The position numbers were made by a program, and so were the translations under genes. A stretch of 64,000 nucleotides of DNA, from positions 19,282,001 to 19,346,000 of the forward strand of contig OZ336889.1 in the NCBI GenBank assembly GCA_965287045.1, given 5' to 3'. Numbering within the stretch: the first letter of the stretch is position 1; each line of letters begins with the position of its first letter. A model generated the notes under the pieces. It ran no database searches and was not told the DNA's origin. It worked only from the letters and a program-made list of their open reading frames with translations. The DNA is from Carcharhinus amblyrhynchos. Lineage: Eukaryota. This document shows positions 23,031 through 36,535 of this stretch, piece by piece.

Positions 23031-23663
23031 TTTGTTTATATGTCTAACAGTGCATCTAAGGGGAAGTTACCTAGGTGCAGGAAGGATAAAGGCATTGAAG
23101 CAAATGATTGGGGGCGGGGGTTGGGGGGGGGGCGGATGCTGGTGAGATAAGATGAGAGCAGACTCCTTGAAGCTTATATCAGGCATATGGTCTGTTTGGC
23201 CGAATGACCGGTTTCTGTGCTGTAAAGTAGTCTATAAAAGGAATAGCCAATCCCAAGAGAATTGCTGAGAACCTACAGCAATGAAACATGCCATTCCAAC
23301 TGGTTTAAGCCGGCGTTTGTACTCCATGTGAGTCTCATCCTGCTTTAATTACTTCTTAGCACACTCCGCCCATCCCTCTGTTCCCTCGTGTGCATTGAGT
23401 CTCTCCACAATCACATCAGTGCTATTTCTTTCAGCCACTCTCTGTGGCAGCAGTTCCATATTACCATCACTCTGTGCAAAGGAATTCCTCCCACGGAAAA
23501 TTCTCCATTAGATTTGTTAGCTGCTATCCTTTGTTAATGTCTCCTTGCTCTGGACTGGTTTACAAGTGGAAATATTCTCTCTGCATCCACCCTCTCTCAA
23601 CGCCTTCACAAGTTGGAAGAACATCCAGTGGGGCGTCTGCTTCTCCAGAAAGAAGATCCCCTA

Positions 23664-23984
23664 ATCATAGAATCCCTACAGTGCAGAAGGAGGCCATTCA
23701 GCCCATTGAGCCTGCACCGACAACCATCCCACTCAGTCCCTACCCCTGTAACTCTAGGTATTTATCCTGTTAATTCCCCTGACACTAAGGGGCAATTTAG
23801 CATTGCCAATCCACCTAATGCGCACATCTTTTGGACTGTGGGAGGAAACCGGAGCACCGGGAGGAAAAACACGCAGACACGGGGAGAACGTGCAAACTCC
23901 ACACAGAAGGTTACCTGAGGTCGGAATTGAACCAGGGTTCCTGGCGCGGTGAGGCAGCTGTGCGAACCAGTGTGACACCGTGCG
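23664..23984 (-). mobile_element. HE1-type V-SINE, tail A
   Basis: Complete family motifs. Confidence 0.92.
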
Positions 23985-24227
23985 GTCCTTTCTGAACACT
24001 CCATTCTCTTAGTTTAAGTAACATGCAGAAAAAGTTTCAGTTCTTCAATACCCTTTGTGTGATGCAGCCAATCATTTCTGTAATTCCAATCAGACAGTGT
24101 TTCTGCAAACTCACAAATGAAGTGAAAGGCCATTTAACACTGCTCTCCTGAAATCTCACTTTGTGAATGTTGCCATCCAAAGCAGGAATCTGGGGGCGAA
24201 CTCAACGCCTGTGGCGACTGACTGAAA

Positions 24228-24523
24228 TAAGTTTTGTTTAAGTTTATTTATTAGCGCAGAAGTAGGCTTACATTAACACTGCAGTGAAGTTACTGTGAAA
24301 GCCCCCTAGTCGCTACATGCTGGTGCCTGTTTGGGTACACAGAGGGAGAATTTAGCAGTGCACCTAACCAGCACGAATTTTGGACTGTGGGAGAAAACCA
24401 AAGCATCTGGAGGAAACCCACACAGATATGGGGTGAACGTGCAGACTCTGCACAGACAGTGACCCAAGCCAGGAATCTAACCTGGGTCCCTGTCACTGTG
24501 AGGCAGCAGTGCTAACCACTGTG
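24228..24523 (-). mobile_element. HE1-type V-SINE, tail B
   Basis: Complete family motifs. Confidence 0.92.
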
Positions 24524-25048
24524 TTGTTTGAATTTGGGATTGTCCTTGGAGCAAGCGGTTGTTGATTAGCATCTCTTACATTGCCCCATCTGTGTCCAGC
24601 TCTGGCCGCCTTTGCTTGGTTTGTCTTTGTTCCAGCAGCTTTCCTTTCAGCTGGTCTCGATTCCCTGCCCGCACCAGGGCCCAGTCTCCTGTGCCCAGCA
24701 TGTAATAGTCAGACTTCTTCTACTTATTCACAACATCGAGCAGGTTCATTGATCAGATAAAGTGAGCCGAAGCTTATTCTTCCAGGATGAATAAATTAAA
24801 TCCATATGTTGAGAGTCTGTGAAGTATGGAATAACGACTCTGGAAATGTTGAACAATGTTAAGAGGTGATATAATCACAGAATAATTGGGTAAATTATAG
24901 GTGATTTCTGACACATTAGAACTACAATGGCGCTCACTCACTCACCAAGTGTGCGAATCAGGTTGATGTTTAAAAAAATTGATGTTGAGCACATTTTATA
25001 CAACAGTGAAGATCATTACTGTGAGTTTCTTCATAAGTGCTTTAGTGC

Positions 25049-25330
25049 ATCGTAGAATCCTGACAGTGCGGAAGGAGGCCATTTGGCCCATTGATCCTGC
25101 ATCGACAACAATCCCACCCAGGCCCTATCCCCATAACCCCAAATAGTTTCCCTGCTAATCCCTCTGAAACTAAGGGTCAACTTAGCATGACCAATCAACC
25201 TAACCCGCACATCTTTGGACAGTGGGAGGAAACCTGAGCACCCAGAGGGACCCTGGTGAGATTGTGCAAACTCCACAGACACCCGAGGCTGGAATTGAAT
25301 CTGGACCCCTGGTGTTCTGAAGCAGCAGTG
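25049..25330 (-). mobile_element. HE1-type V-SINE, tail A
   Basis: Family motifs. Confidence 0.9.
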
Positions 25331-26179
25331 TAGTTTACATAATGGCCACGCTTTCTAGCTTTGTTGTTACACAACACAGTCACAACTTCATCCACCTTTA
25401 TTCTCAAGTTGTTTCCCAGGATTGTCATACTAACTTGTAACTAACTGAAATCATTAATCTGTGATTTTCCTGTTTGGACAGAATCATTCTAATTTAACTT
25501 GTGGAATAGTTGATCAATAATTTTGGAAAGGGAAGGTGGGGAATATCCAGCTGGGAAGGTGACTGATGGACCTCTGTGTTCTGTGGCCGGCTTTCTGGTG
25601 AACTTAGGCCCTGTCCCCTTCTCCTGCCCCTCCTGGCAAAAACAGAAGGACATTGTAGCCATAGCTGGACAGAGCCTAGTTTAAAGGATACATTCCCCAT
25701 CCCCCCCAATCTTTACAGAATTTTATTTGCAGAAATACACTTTACAAGCATAGATTTCCAAACCAAAAGACCACATGCTCTGGGATACAGGAGTGCAAGT
25801 GAACAGGCGTTAATACCATGCACCAGAATGCAGTTAAATACTCAGTTAGCATTGAACTAAACACTATACAACTCACACCCATGTTATGTTGCTTTAATTT
25901 TAAAACCTGGGGTTTTGTGGCTATTGTGCCGAAGGCCCTTCAAATCAAAATGATCTACAGGAGCAACTCAGTGAATGAATTGCGTATTTAAGAGATTTCT
26001 CAGACTCCATCAATATACGAAGGCAGTTCACCTGGTTTGCACCAAATTTATAGCCATTTGAACAGGGTCGGTCAGAGTTCAACTCTCAGGCTTGGACATC
26101 ATTTCAGACCACACTTTTGGGAGGTGACAATTGAGCTTTCTGAGAAAGAAAATTGGACCCCCTTTTGTGAAATGTAATT

Positions 26180-26672
26180 GTGGCACAGTGGTTAGCACTG
26201 CTGCCTCACACCCAGGGTTCAATTCTGGCCTGGGGTGACTGCGTGGAGTCTGCACATCCTCCCATGTGAGTGCATGGGGTTTCCTCTGGGTGCTCCAGTT
26301 TCCTTCCACGCTCCGAAAATGTGCAGGTTAGCTGAATTGGCCGAGCTAAATTACCCGTAAGTGTCAGGGGGACTAGCAGGGTAAATAGATGGGGTTAAAG
26401 CGATAGTGTGAGTGGGATTATGGTTGATGCAGACTTGAGGGACACAGTGGAGTCTGCACGTTCTCTCTGTGTCTGCTCCAGTTTCCTCCCATAGTCTGAA
26501 GATGTGCAGGTTAGGTGGATTGGCCATGCTAAATTTCATTAAATTTATTAGTCATAAGTGACATCAACACCGCAATGAAGTTACTGTGAAATTCCCCTTG
26601 TCCATTGGATTGTTGTTGGCGCAGACTCGATGGGCTGAATGGCCTCCTTCTGCACTATAGGCATTCTGTGAT
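26180..26672 (+). mobile_element. Composite/dimeric HE1-type SINE with an inverted tail-B fragment at ~26540-26598
   Basis: Two V-domains in tandem (26245, 26448), then reversed gcaatgaagttactgtgaaattcccc, then tail A. Confidence 0.85.
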
Positions 26673-27159
26673 TGGTTTCAGTTTGTGAAGCGAATGATTT
26701 CCCAGTCTGATGCCCGAGGAATGGATCTTTTGAACCCAGTAAGGTTTGTAGCATCAGCTTTGGTCAGATAATGATTATTGCAGGTTCATTGTGCACCTTG
26801 TTCTCAGAAGCTGATCCTTGATCTTGGTGACTGGGAAAGTGATAAGACTTATCGTCTGTACACACCAAAGTGCAGGATGTGTTTTTTTTAAAAGGGAAGC
26901 ATAAATCAGCCTGACACCCGCTATGGTTGGAAAAAATAAATGAACAGGGTTTAGCATTGCTTAACAGCTCTGATGGTGTTGTTGAGTATCTTGTGATAAT
27001 CTTTCTGAACCTGGTAAATGTAGTAAATAAACAGAAGCACTCTGTTTGTGCTGATAGATTACTATCTGATGTAAGGAGCCAGGACTTGGATCACAGAGTG
27101 TTTTGAGGAAGGCTGAATATACAGTTGTTAATCAAAATGAAAGGTATTGAATGTTACTA

Positions 27160-27430
27160 CATTGCAAATCTCAGCCCAGTCAATGGTGTGAGAGATACAA
27201 TTGTGTTCATCAGTTCGGGAGTGGAAGGGGGTGGAGGTTAAATGAAATCTCCGAGGATCCCTGGATTTCGAATGATCCCTGTCGGAAAATGAACATTGGA
27301 TGAAGACCGATTCCGGGTCCGCACAATGTTTGCTATGGTTGAATAGCCAGCTGATATTAAATCCAGGCATGAAGAATGGCCACGTGGGTGAAACCAGAGG
27401 GTTGTTGGTGTTTGTGGAATCAGACCTCCG
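27160..27430 (+). mobile_element. Old AmnSINE2-like SINE
   Basis: atctcagcc...tacaattg...atgatccctgtcggaaaatg...ggttgaatagccagctga...catgaagaatggccac. Confidence 0.5.
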
Positions 27431-27477
27431 CTAAGGGTCAGCATCTTTGGTGGGAAAGCTGCATCAGTGGGTTGAGG

Positions 27478-27764
27478 TTTAAAAGTTTGTTTATTAGTGT
27501 CACAAGTAGGCTTACATTAATACAGCAATGACATTACTGTGAAAATCCTCCAGTTGCCACGCCCTGGTGCCTGTTCGGGTACACTGAGGGGGAATTTAGC
27601 ATGGCCAATGCACCAAAACAGCACATCATTTGGATTGTGGGAGGAAACCCACGCAGACACAGGGAGAATGTGTAGATTCCGCACTGATAGTGACCCAAGC
27701 TGGGAATCGAACCCTGGTCCCTGGCGCTGTTAGGCAGCAGTGCCAGTCATTGTGCCACCGTGCC
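27478..27764 (-). mobile_element. HE1-type V-SINE, tail B
   Basis: Family motifs. Confidence 0.92.
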
Positions 27765-28044
27765 ATTTAAAATATATTTATAAGCTTAGGTCCCAGTCCA
27801 TGGTGAGCGTGCAGTGTTGAGATTCTGACATCTTAAATGCACATTAATGGAATCATCCATATGCAAAGTGGTTTGCACATCGACCAGGCCACTCGAGTTT
27901 GAATGTTGACACTGCAATAATTGCAAAGTGGCTACTGTTTCTTTTCAAGAAAAGAGATAGGAATCAATAATTTAATGATAGAGAAACTCCCTCTTGAGAA
28001 GGTCACTAGCAAGATTGACAGCTTAATGTGTATTGTGCCACATA

Positions 28045-28245
28045 TAAAGGTAAAGTCATTACAGTACCAGATGACCATTGGTGGTGATTTAACCTGAGGG
28101 TCACTACATCTCAGGAGAGGGACAAGGTTGAGAAGCTGAGGCCTTCATGAATAACTTCAGCCAGTGCGGGGATTGAACCCACACTGTTGGCGTCACTCTG
28201 CATCACTACCCAGCTGTCCAACTAACTGAGCTAAATCGACTCCCA
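28045..28245 (-). mobile_element. Third tRNA-derived SINE family
   Basis: Reverse strand starts gggagtcgatttagctcagttagttgg (A-box) ... gggttcaatcccc (B-box), ends gactttaccttt. Confidence 0.8.
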
Positions 28246-28260
28246 GATTTTGTAGATAGG

Positions 28261-28550
28261 AGTTTTTAAGTTTATTTATTAGTGGTACAAGTAGGTTTAT
28301 GCAGTGAAGTTACTGTGAAAATCCCCTAGTCGCCACACTGGTGCCTGTTCGGGCACACTGAGGGTGAATTTAGCATGGCCAATGCACCCAACCAGTACAT
28401 CTTTCAGACTGTGGGAGGAAACTGGATCACCTGGAGGGAACCCACACAGACACGGGGAGAATGTGCAAACTCCACACAGACGTTGATCCAAGCCAGGAAT
28501 TGGACCCGGGTCCCTGGCGCTGTGAGGCAGTAGTGATAGACTGCGCCGCC
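28261..28550 (-). mobile_element. HE1-type V-SINE, tail B
   Basis: Family motifs. Confidence 0.92.
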
Positions 28551-30264
28551 CATGTAACACTGAAGTGCCATAATGCTGTCCATGTAAGCTTCTATCTGTG
28601 AAATTTCACATGATCTGAACCCCTGATCTTAAGCTGCTGGCTTGCTTTCCTTGAGGAAGGAAAATTTGATACCAAGGCCAGCATGGGCCACTTTCCCAGC
28701 AGCTGGTTAAACATTGGCATCAGAAGAGTCCCCCTCCCGGCCCTCAGCTTAGAACAGGAATTGACGAGGATAGACTCTAACCCGGTGCAGAAATACTAGT
28801 CGTGAAAACACTGAGTACCCATTGTGCGTCTTTCTTGTAAACAGGCTCCAGTCTCGGGCGCTGGAGGTCAGCCACAGACACTAATCTAATTTTGTAACAT
28901 GCTGTATGCGTCCCGCTGAGTGCATAGAAATGGAAGCAACTGAGCTTCAGAGAAGGCAAAACTGGTTCACACAACCCTGTCAGTAAATCTCCGACAATTA
29001 ATTTTCTCCATTTGAATTGCTTACATAAACTGCCTGCACTGTTGAAATTCAATCTGGCCTGCAAACCATTTGATTTTATCTGCCAATGGCAGATTGGGAA
29101 GCACTATCTGCATAGTTTCAATTGATGGCGCGGAGCAGCTGTTTTCCAATTGATTGATGCAGCTCTTCCACCAGAGCTTGTAGGTCTCATTGTAATTAAT
29201 GGGCAAACATGGAAAGGACTGAGTGTTAACCCTTAGGGTCCTGCTTGTACAGACATGTCGAAAGTTATTTCTACCCTGCCCCCCCACCTTCCCTTCCCGA
29301 CTGATGTGCCCTCCTTGTGGCCACTGTAAATGTGAAAATGTTGAGATAGTACATTGTGAACATCTCAAATCTCAATTTTAGATTTAAAAATGTTAACTGT
29401 TGAATGTGCTGCACTCATGAAATTAGACGCAGCCAGAACAGACTAATAGTATGAGTTGAATGCTCAAATTGTGTGGCATTCCATTAACCACTGATTTAAT
29501 ATCGGTGCTTTTAAAATGACGTTAAGACCCCTGCTTCTCTAGCATATAATGTTAATCATTCGAGCACCAATATTGCAGATAATAATTTCTAATCTTCTGC
29601 GCTTGAATAGGTTTACAATTGTGTTCTCTCTCCTTTTTGATCATATAAATCTCGTTGCTAACATTTGCCCGATGTTGGCAGGGCTGGTATGGGGATTAAG
29701 GATGCCTGAAAGCCTTCAGCCCTAATGGGATGAGATTACACTGCTCAGTTTAAGCGCATGAACACTTAATGCAGTTGTGCGAAATTCCTTTTCCAGCTTT
29801 TTAACAGACACTAACCCAGAGAAATAAACATTCTGTTAAATCAGTGGACAGAGATTTCTTTTAAATCTTTTAGGTGTTCCTTTCCTAGTTTCACACACAC
29901 TTCATGTTTGTGAAGTTTTAATTTATGCACCTTTCTTTGTCTTATAAACTACATTCTTTTTCTCGAGATTTGCTGCACTGACCATCGTACATGAGATCAT
30001 CTGAAATTTTGAAATGAATTATTTTTCATTTGTTGGTGTACAAGACTTATATGTCTTGTCTGCGACAGTAATCTGCTACATGTAGATTTCCTTAATTTAG
30101 AACTAAGGGAAATTATGCTGGTAACTCAGACAGGAACTATCATCCTCCATGCCTCCTATTCCAATGTCACCATTCAACAATATCGCTAAAATTCTCATTA
30201 GTGGCCTTGACTATCCAATGCAGTCCTGTGTTCAGCCTTCCTAGTTCTCCCCTCCACATGTTCA

Positions 30265-30700
30265 AGTCATTCAAAGCTCTGCTGCCCTGACTCTCATCAA
30301 ACCCTGCTCACCCATCTCCCCCTCCTCGTTGCTTAGCTGCATTGTCCATTGGTTAAACATGGCCTCGATTTTAAAATTCTCAAATACATTCATGGCCTCG
30401 GCTGTAATATCCTCTGCATTGAAATGTCTGCATTCTGCAGATTCTAGCCTCTTGAGCATTTCTGATTTTTAATGTCTCCACTATTGGCGATTATCTCCCT
30501 TCACATGTCAAGGCTCTCCCCACCTTTTCTCCTTTTTAAGATGCTCCTTACAGCCTAAATCTTTGTTCAAGATCTTGGTCACCTTGCCTAATATCTCTTT
30601 ATGTGGCTTGGAGTCACATTTTGTTTGATGATGTTGGTGCAAATGATCTGGGGTCTGTTATGCTATTATGTTGAAGGTGCTATATAAATGTAAGGTTTTT
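30265..30700 (+). mobile_element. L2 LINE 3' end
   Basis: QSSAA..L...HISP.L..LH....R.DFKIL-like remnant; terminal gttgaaggtgctatataaatgtaag is the L2-type tail. Confidence 0.8.
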
Positions 30701-31154
30701 TTTAAAAGACTTGTGTGTTTGGCTCCTGTCGGACTAATTCTCCCAAGTCTCTTCTTTTTAGACTTTACTTTGATGCTTTCAGTTATCTGCCCCAGAACTG
30801 TACTCTTGTCTATAATTGGTTTTAGCTATTGAATGCAACCTGAGCCTCCGTTAGCCTTCACTCCAGTCTTCAAACAATGGTGCAGTGTCATACGAGATCT
30901 TGTTTTGTGTCTGAAATATTAACTGGATGCTTTGTGACCAAAGACGAATAATCGTATAACTAATTCATATTTATTATAGTTACAGTCACTTCTTGAATAA
31001 CCGGAGCAGATTTCTGACTTGTGGCCCAGTTGCAACTACCATAGCAAATCGATGGCAGAAACTGATCAGCATTTCCATTGATTGCAGCGTACTGTGAGGG
31101 ATGCATTTTAGTCAGTGGCTAAAGGTACAGAGAATGCGTGAAGAGAGATGCTGT

Positions 31155-31866
31155 AGAGGAATTTGGGTGTACAGGTACACAGGTCACTGAAAGTGGCAAC
31201 GCAGGTGGAGAAGGATTCAAGAAGGTGTACGACATGCCTTCATTTTGGCCGGGACATTTAGTTTAAAAATTGGCAAGTCACGTTGCAGCTTTATAGAATC
31301 TTAATTAGGCCACACTAGGAATATAGCGTTCAATTCTGGTTGCTGCACTACCAGAAGGATGTGGAAGCATTGGAGAGTGTACAGAAAAGATTTACCAGGA
31401 TGTTGTCTGGTAAGGAGGGCATTAGCTATGAGGAGAGGTTGGAGAAACTTGGTTTGTTCTCACTGGAACAACAGAGGTTGAGGGGCGACCTGATAGAAAT
31501 CTACAAGATTTATGAGAGGTATGGACAGAGTGGATAGTCAGAAGCTTTTCCCCAGGGTGGAAGAGTCAATTATTAGGGGGGCAGAGGTTTCAGGTGCAAG
31601 GGGCAAGATTTAAAGGAAATGTACCAGGTAAGTTTTTGATACAGAGGGTGGTGGGTGCCTGGAACTTGTTACCAGGAGAGGTAGTGGAAGCAGATACGCT
31701 TGTGACTTTTAAGGGGCGTCTTGACAAACACGTGAATAGGATGGGAATAGAGGGATACGGTCCCCGGAAGGCTTAGGGGGTTTTTGTTCAGTCAGGCAGA
31801 ATGGTCGGTGCAGGCTTGGAGGGCCGAAGGGCCTGTTCCTGTGCTGTAATTTTCTTTGTTCTTTGT
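31155..31866 (+). mobile_element. CR1 LINE 3' ~700 bp
   Basis: ORFs HYQKDVEALESVQKRFTRML..GISYEERLEKLGLFSLEQQRLRGDLIEIYKI and QRVVGAWNLLPGEVVEAD; CR1 tail with (ttctttg) end. Confidence 0.95.
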
Positions 31867-33064
31867 AGCTATGGCCCACTGTGATCTTTTCTCTGTTCTT
31901 TCCCTGTCCGGCTGCATAAGGTTCTCTGCAGTTCCCTATTTTATAGCCAGTCGATGAGGGCGTTTTATCAATTCCCTTCGTTTCTGAAATTGTCTTGTAT
32001 GTTTTGGGAGAAAAATCCAATTTAATTGAGTTAAATACTAACCGAATCTGCCCTGAATTACTGTGAATGTTAGTCTATTGATTGGTGCTGCAGGATTATA
32101 CAATCAAAGTCAATTTGATTTGGGCCTATTGACGTCGATTTTATCAATATAGCCCTCACCCTATTTTCTTTGTCCAAAGCGCACAACGTAATACTCTTTG
32201 CTTGAGGAGCCCCAGACGGATAGACATTTTAACTTGATCAGCATCGATCTCAAGATTTCTTGATGCTATCCTGATAGCAGTAGATGGAGGTCAGAGGTCA
32301 CAGTGTTTTGCTTTTGGGTCCGAGATATATATTTTAATAAAGAAAGCAGGACATGGTCTCTGGCAGCAACTCAGCTTTGGTCCACTAGTGTATTCAGTAC
32401 TGTAGCTCGTAGCCCCACTTGGGGTCCTCTTCCCTTCCAGTCCGAGGTCCTCTAATTAACAAGGTCAGTAAAAGGAGCGGAAACTTCAGTTGCCGGAGCA
32501 ACGTTGGGGTTCAGAGGTCTAACAGTCCAGGTCGATGAAGGCAGCCTTTCGAAAAGTTAATTATATTCTTTAAAAAGAGGGAAAAATGATTTAATAGAAC
32601 TTGATTCATGGAAGAATGAGCAGGCTTTAAATCACAAACCTGCTGGGAAATTAAATTACCAATTTGAGGTAATGAAGGTCGTATGGAGCTGATAGCTGTG
32701 AGAAACCCTATTTTGGTCTTATTGCAGCAGCTATGAGTGAGCAATGTCAAGAGCCTGGAAGCTGCAATATTAAACAGTATTGATTATTGTCAAGGTACCG
32801 CAGAAGAGATTAGCTTCAATTCGCAACCTTTGACTCATTGACTGTTTTTATATTTGCCTCTTTCTTTCAATATGTTTTCAATGAAATGGGTCAGTTTATC
32901 ATGTTCTTGGCTTCTTGGGATTTACCAGTCCAATATCGAAGGATTTGTCTCTGTTAGATTCAGCCTTCTGTAGCTCATAACAAATGGTTCAGCTTTAGAA
33001 AAAATATACCTAAATGTAAACTGCTCCTCCCTTTTTGTTCAGTTTCCTGGTGATCTTTCTTGTC

Positions 33065-33380
33065 TTTCTTGCTGAAGATGGATGCTAGAGCACAGATCCA
33101 TGGCCAGCCTGCAATACCTCAGCCAAGTGATCACTTTGATATGTGAAATTAGATATTGAGTAAGAACAATGTTGTTTCATCACTGGAGCCTTTCTGAACA
33201 AACCCGGTCCTCAGCCAATGCCAATACACATGCTTTCCAGTAGAGGTAATCTGATAGTCATCAGGAGGAAGAACACTGGATAATTGCTATAATTTGGAAG
33301 CTCAGGGCACTGAGGCCAAATATAGCAGTCTCATCACTCATTACATTGGATTGGGCTCAACTATCTCAGCACCGAGTTTG
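33065..33380 (-). mobile_element. Old AmnSINE2-like SINE
   Basis: cacatgctttccagtagagg..ctgatagtcatcaggag...cagggcactgaggccaaatatagc...tcagcac. Confidence 0.55.
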
Positions 33381-33994
33381 AGGCATTGCAAATATTTGTA
33401 GCTTATCCCTAGTTTTGGGGCTTCTGAATAGCCAAAGATAATTTTTAAAAGACAAGATGTTTAATGCTACAATAAACTTTAAATTAACCTCATCTAACAT
33501 GTTTGATTCTGCTCCATTATTTAGTTAATCATTAAATAAATTTATCATTCTTTGAGCAATATTTTATTTCTGTTTGTTTTAAATTTACTTTTCATTAATT
33601 TTAACTTAGGACTTTTTGGTCTATAAGTATGGCAGCCTATGTTAAATTTTGCTTCGCCTCATCAATGCAATGGAATATTCTTACTTTGTTCATTGAAGCC
33701 CACCCTTAACTTTTTAGAACTATTAGGTAGTTATAAGCCATATCTAATTTTTCCTTATAGCTCACCATTAGATTCCAGTCATTCTCGTCAAAACTTCATT
33801 ATTGTTGCTGTTACTTTCTTCTGCGCCTTCTTCACTGAATAATTATCCTGTGAAGCATGGTGATCAAAATTATTCACATGTGTAGTTGGAATGTGCCAAT
33901 AACTTCCTTCTATACAGTCCCTTTTAATGTAGAACGGTATTCCAGGATGATGTATGAAGTGTTCTGCAGGCTAAGCTAAAGGAGGAGATATTAA

Positions 33995-34288
33995 AAGTTT
34001 TTTAAAAATTTATTTGTTATTGACACAAGTAGACGCACATTAACACTACAATGAAGTTACTGTGAAAATCTCCTAGTTGCCACACTCTAGCGCCTGTTCA
34101 TGTACACTGAGGGTCAATTTAGCATGGCCAATGCACCTATCCTGTACATCTTTGGACTGTGGGAGGAAAGTGGAGCACCCAGAGGAAACCCACACAGACA
34201 CGGGTTGAAGGTGCACACTCTGCACAGATCCCAGTGACCCCCAAGCTGGGAATTGAACCTGGGTCCCTGGCGCTGTGAGGCACCATGC
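33995..34288 (-). mobile_element. HE1-type V-SINE, tail B, inserted in an L2 remnant (33925-34520, -)
   Basis: SINE motifs; flanks aaggaggagatatt / atgaccaaaaatttgatcatagag match the L2 at 59650-59720. Confidence 0.9.
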
Positions 34289-35867
34289 TGCCCATTGGAG
34301 GTATGACCAAAAATTTGATCATAGAGATTGGTTATGAAGAGGATGTTAAAGGAGACGAGAGGGGTAAGGAGGTGGAGGTGTTAAGGAAAGCATTGCAGAG
34401 CCCTGGGAGCTGAAGGCCATTGAGATTATGACAAATATTACGTCAGGGAAGAGAGAGTTGACAGTGTGGCTGTGCTGCAGAGAGGTTGTAGAGGTCGGAC
34501 TGGGGAGGATGTGACGATGGCAGTAGAACCATAGAGAAGTTACAGCACGAAAGAGGCCATTCGGTCCATCTTATCCATGCCAGCCCCAAGACATCCAGGT
34601 GCCCTTTCTAATCCCACTTTCCTGCACCTGGGACTTGTTGCCGCAGAGTTTATGGGAAGCAAAGTTTTGGATGAACTGAACAATTCTACATCTGACAAAT
34701 CACAAGTGCTGCCCAAGGATAACATGAATGAATTGCTCCATTGTTTGTGAAAGTAACCATGCTGGAACCTTGCCCACACGAGGTGTGTTCAGTTGTTGAC
34801 TAGTAAAGAGTGACTTTGTATGTGTGGATACTGGGATCCATGTTAAGATCTGAAAATAAGAGGATGCAATTACAAGCTGTTATGGTGCCAGGCATTTTAA
34901 ACCCATTTTGCCACGAGATAGCTTAATAGCAGAAGTCATACTGGATATGTTCAGAACTTGGCCTGTCTTATATTTCGCAGCAAAGAAGTGATTTCCAGAT
35001 TGAGAGTAGTAGAACTGAAGCACAATGTGCATTCAATTCTCACAATCACTTCAGGTTTTTAAAAAAAAATTATTTCCGACCTTTTTTGGTTCCTCTCCCA
35101 ACGTTATGGTTTCCTTGGCTTTGTTTGAAGTCGGAATCTTGCCAGAACTGTGGCAGCGGCAGTGGGAAGGAACTAAAGAGGAGAGAGAATAAATGTTTTC
35201 TTTAAATTAAAGAAGCAAATAAAATTTGATACTTTACGGTCTTTCGAAGAACAAAACACTTGTTTGTTCGTTAGACTCTGCTTTTGGAGTTAGATCAGGG
35301 AAGTTACATTTTCCCGCAGCCCTCCCGGAGGTTGCTGCATCGTTGCAGATGGTGGGAAACTTCCATCTCTGATTCAGCCAACTACAGACATGAACAAGCA
35401 GCTGCTGGCGGGAGTTCCTGGCATTGACACAACTCCAAGCAAGGCAAAAGTACGGAAGGCACAGCCGGGGTGGTGGGGGGACGGTGTATGCATTGGAGTG
35501 CTAATGTTGACCTTTGGGAAGCTGTTGAGGGTGCCTGTGCAAACATGGGGTTTGGCATCTATGAGTAACACTACCAAAATTCAGGCTGAATGATGACATA
35601 ATACAACACAAAAGGAGGCCATTTGGTTCATCAAGTATGCACCAACTCTTTCACAGAGAAATCCAGTGGGTCCCATGTTGCCCCACTCTTTACCATTTTA
35701 TCCAGCCCCCTGTTGGAGGCTGCAGTTGAATCCACATTGCTGCCCTAGAATGGCAGTTCTCAATCCTGATCGCTCATTGCATTAAAACTTTTCTCCTTTT
35801 GTCATCTCTGCTTCTTTTGCCAAAACTGTATTCTCTGGACATTGATCCTTCAGCGATTAGACACAAT

Positions 35868-36001
35868 GGGTATCATTTTCCCGTCCCGCACACCACAGGA
35901 ATTGTAGAAGGCGGGGCGTGGGGGGGTGGACCATGCAAAAGTCCATTGACCTCAGGTGAGATCCTCTGTTTTGAGATGACTGTGGCCGGAGAATCCCACC
36001 C
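35868..36001. mobile_element. Short MITE inserted in an old CR1 (35595-36170, -)
   Basis: TIR-like gggtatcattttcc / ggagaatcccaccc. Confidence 0.6.
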
Positions 36002-36170
36002 AGTTTTTCCTTTTTAACATGCCATAAACACGTCTATCGAATCTCCATTTGGCCTTCTCTGTGCTGTCAAGGAACTGTAATCTGTTATCCTTGGAATCAT
36101 TCCAGTAAATCTCTTCTATGCCCTCTACAAAGCCTTCATGATCTTTGTAATGGCCAGAATGGTCCACAAT

Positions 36171-36535
36171 GGGCAAGGGAAGTAACTCCCAGCAGGCCCA
36201 CACATCCTTTAATCAGGTACTGAATGCCTTTGATTGAGGAACCCTTCCCCAACCAGGAGGTGACAAGTTGGCCACATGGTATTAGCTGTTGTGAAGATCA
36301 CAAAGCGACAAGCCTGCCTGCAGCTGAATTAATACCAGTGGCGGTGGGATGTGGCTCTTAATGTGGCATTAATTGGCTACTTAAGGGTCTCAACTGGCAG
36401 TGGAGAAGGAAGGTCGACAGTGGGTCCTTCCTGCCCAGAGCTCAACTGGCAATAAGTTAAATGGTTTCATGTACCCTGCCAGCGCAGTCTAATAAAATGC
36501 CCTTGCCACCTCCAAGGTTGCCACCAGACACTGGT
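36171..36535. mobile_element. MITE remnant (same family as 54618)
   Basis: gaatgcctttgattgagga..., ttaattggctacttaagggtctcaactgg is the reverse of 54752-54775. Confidence 0.55.
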
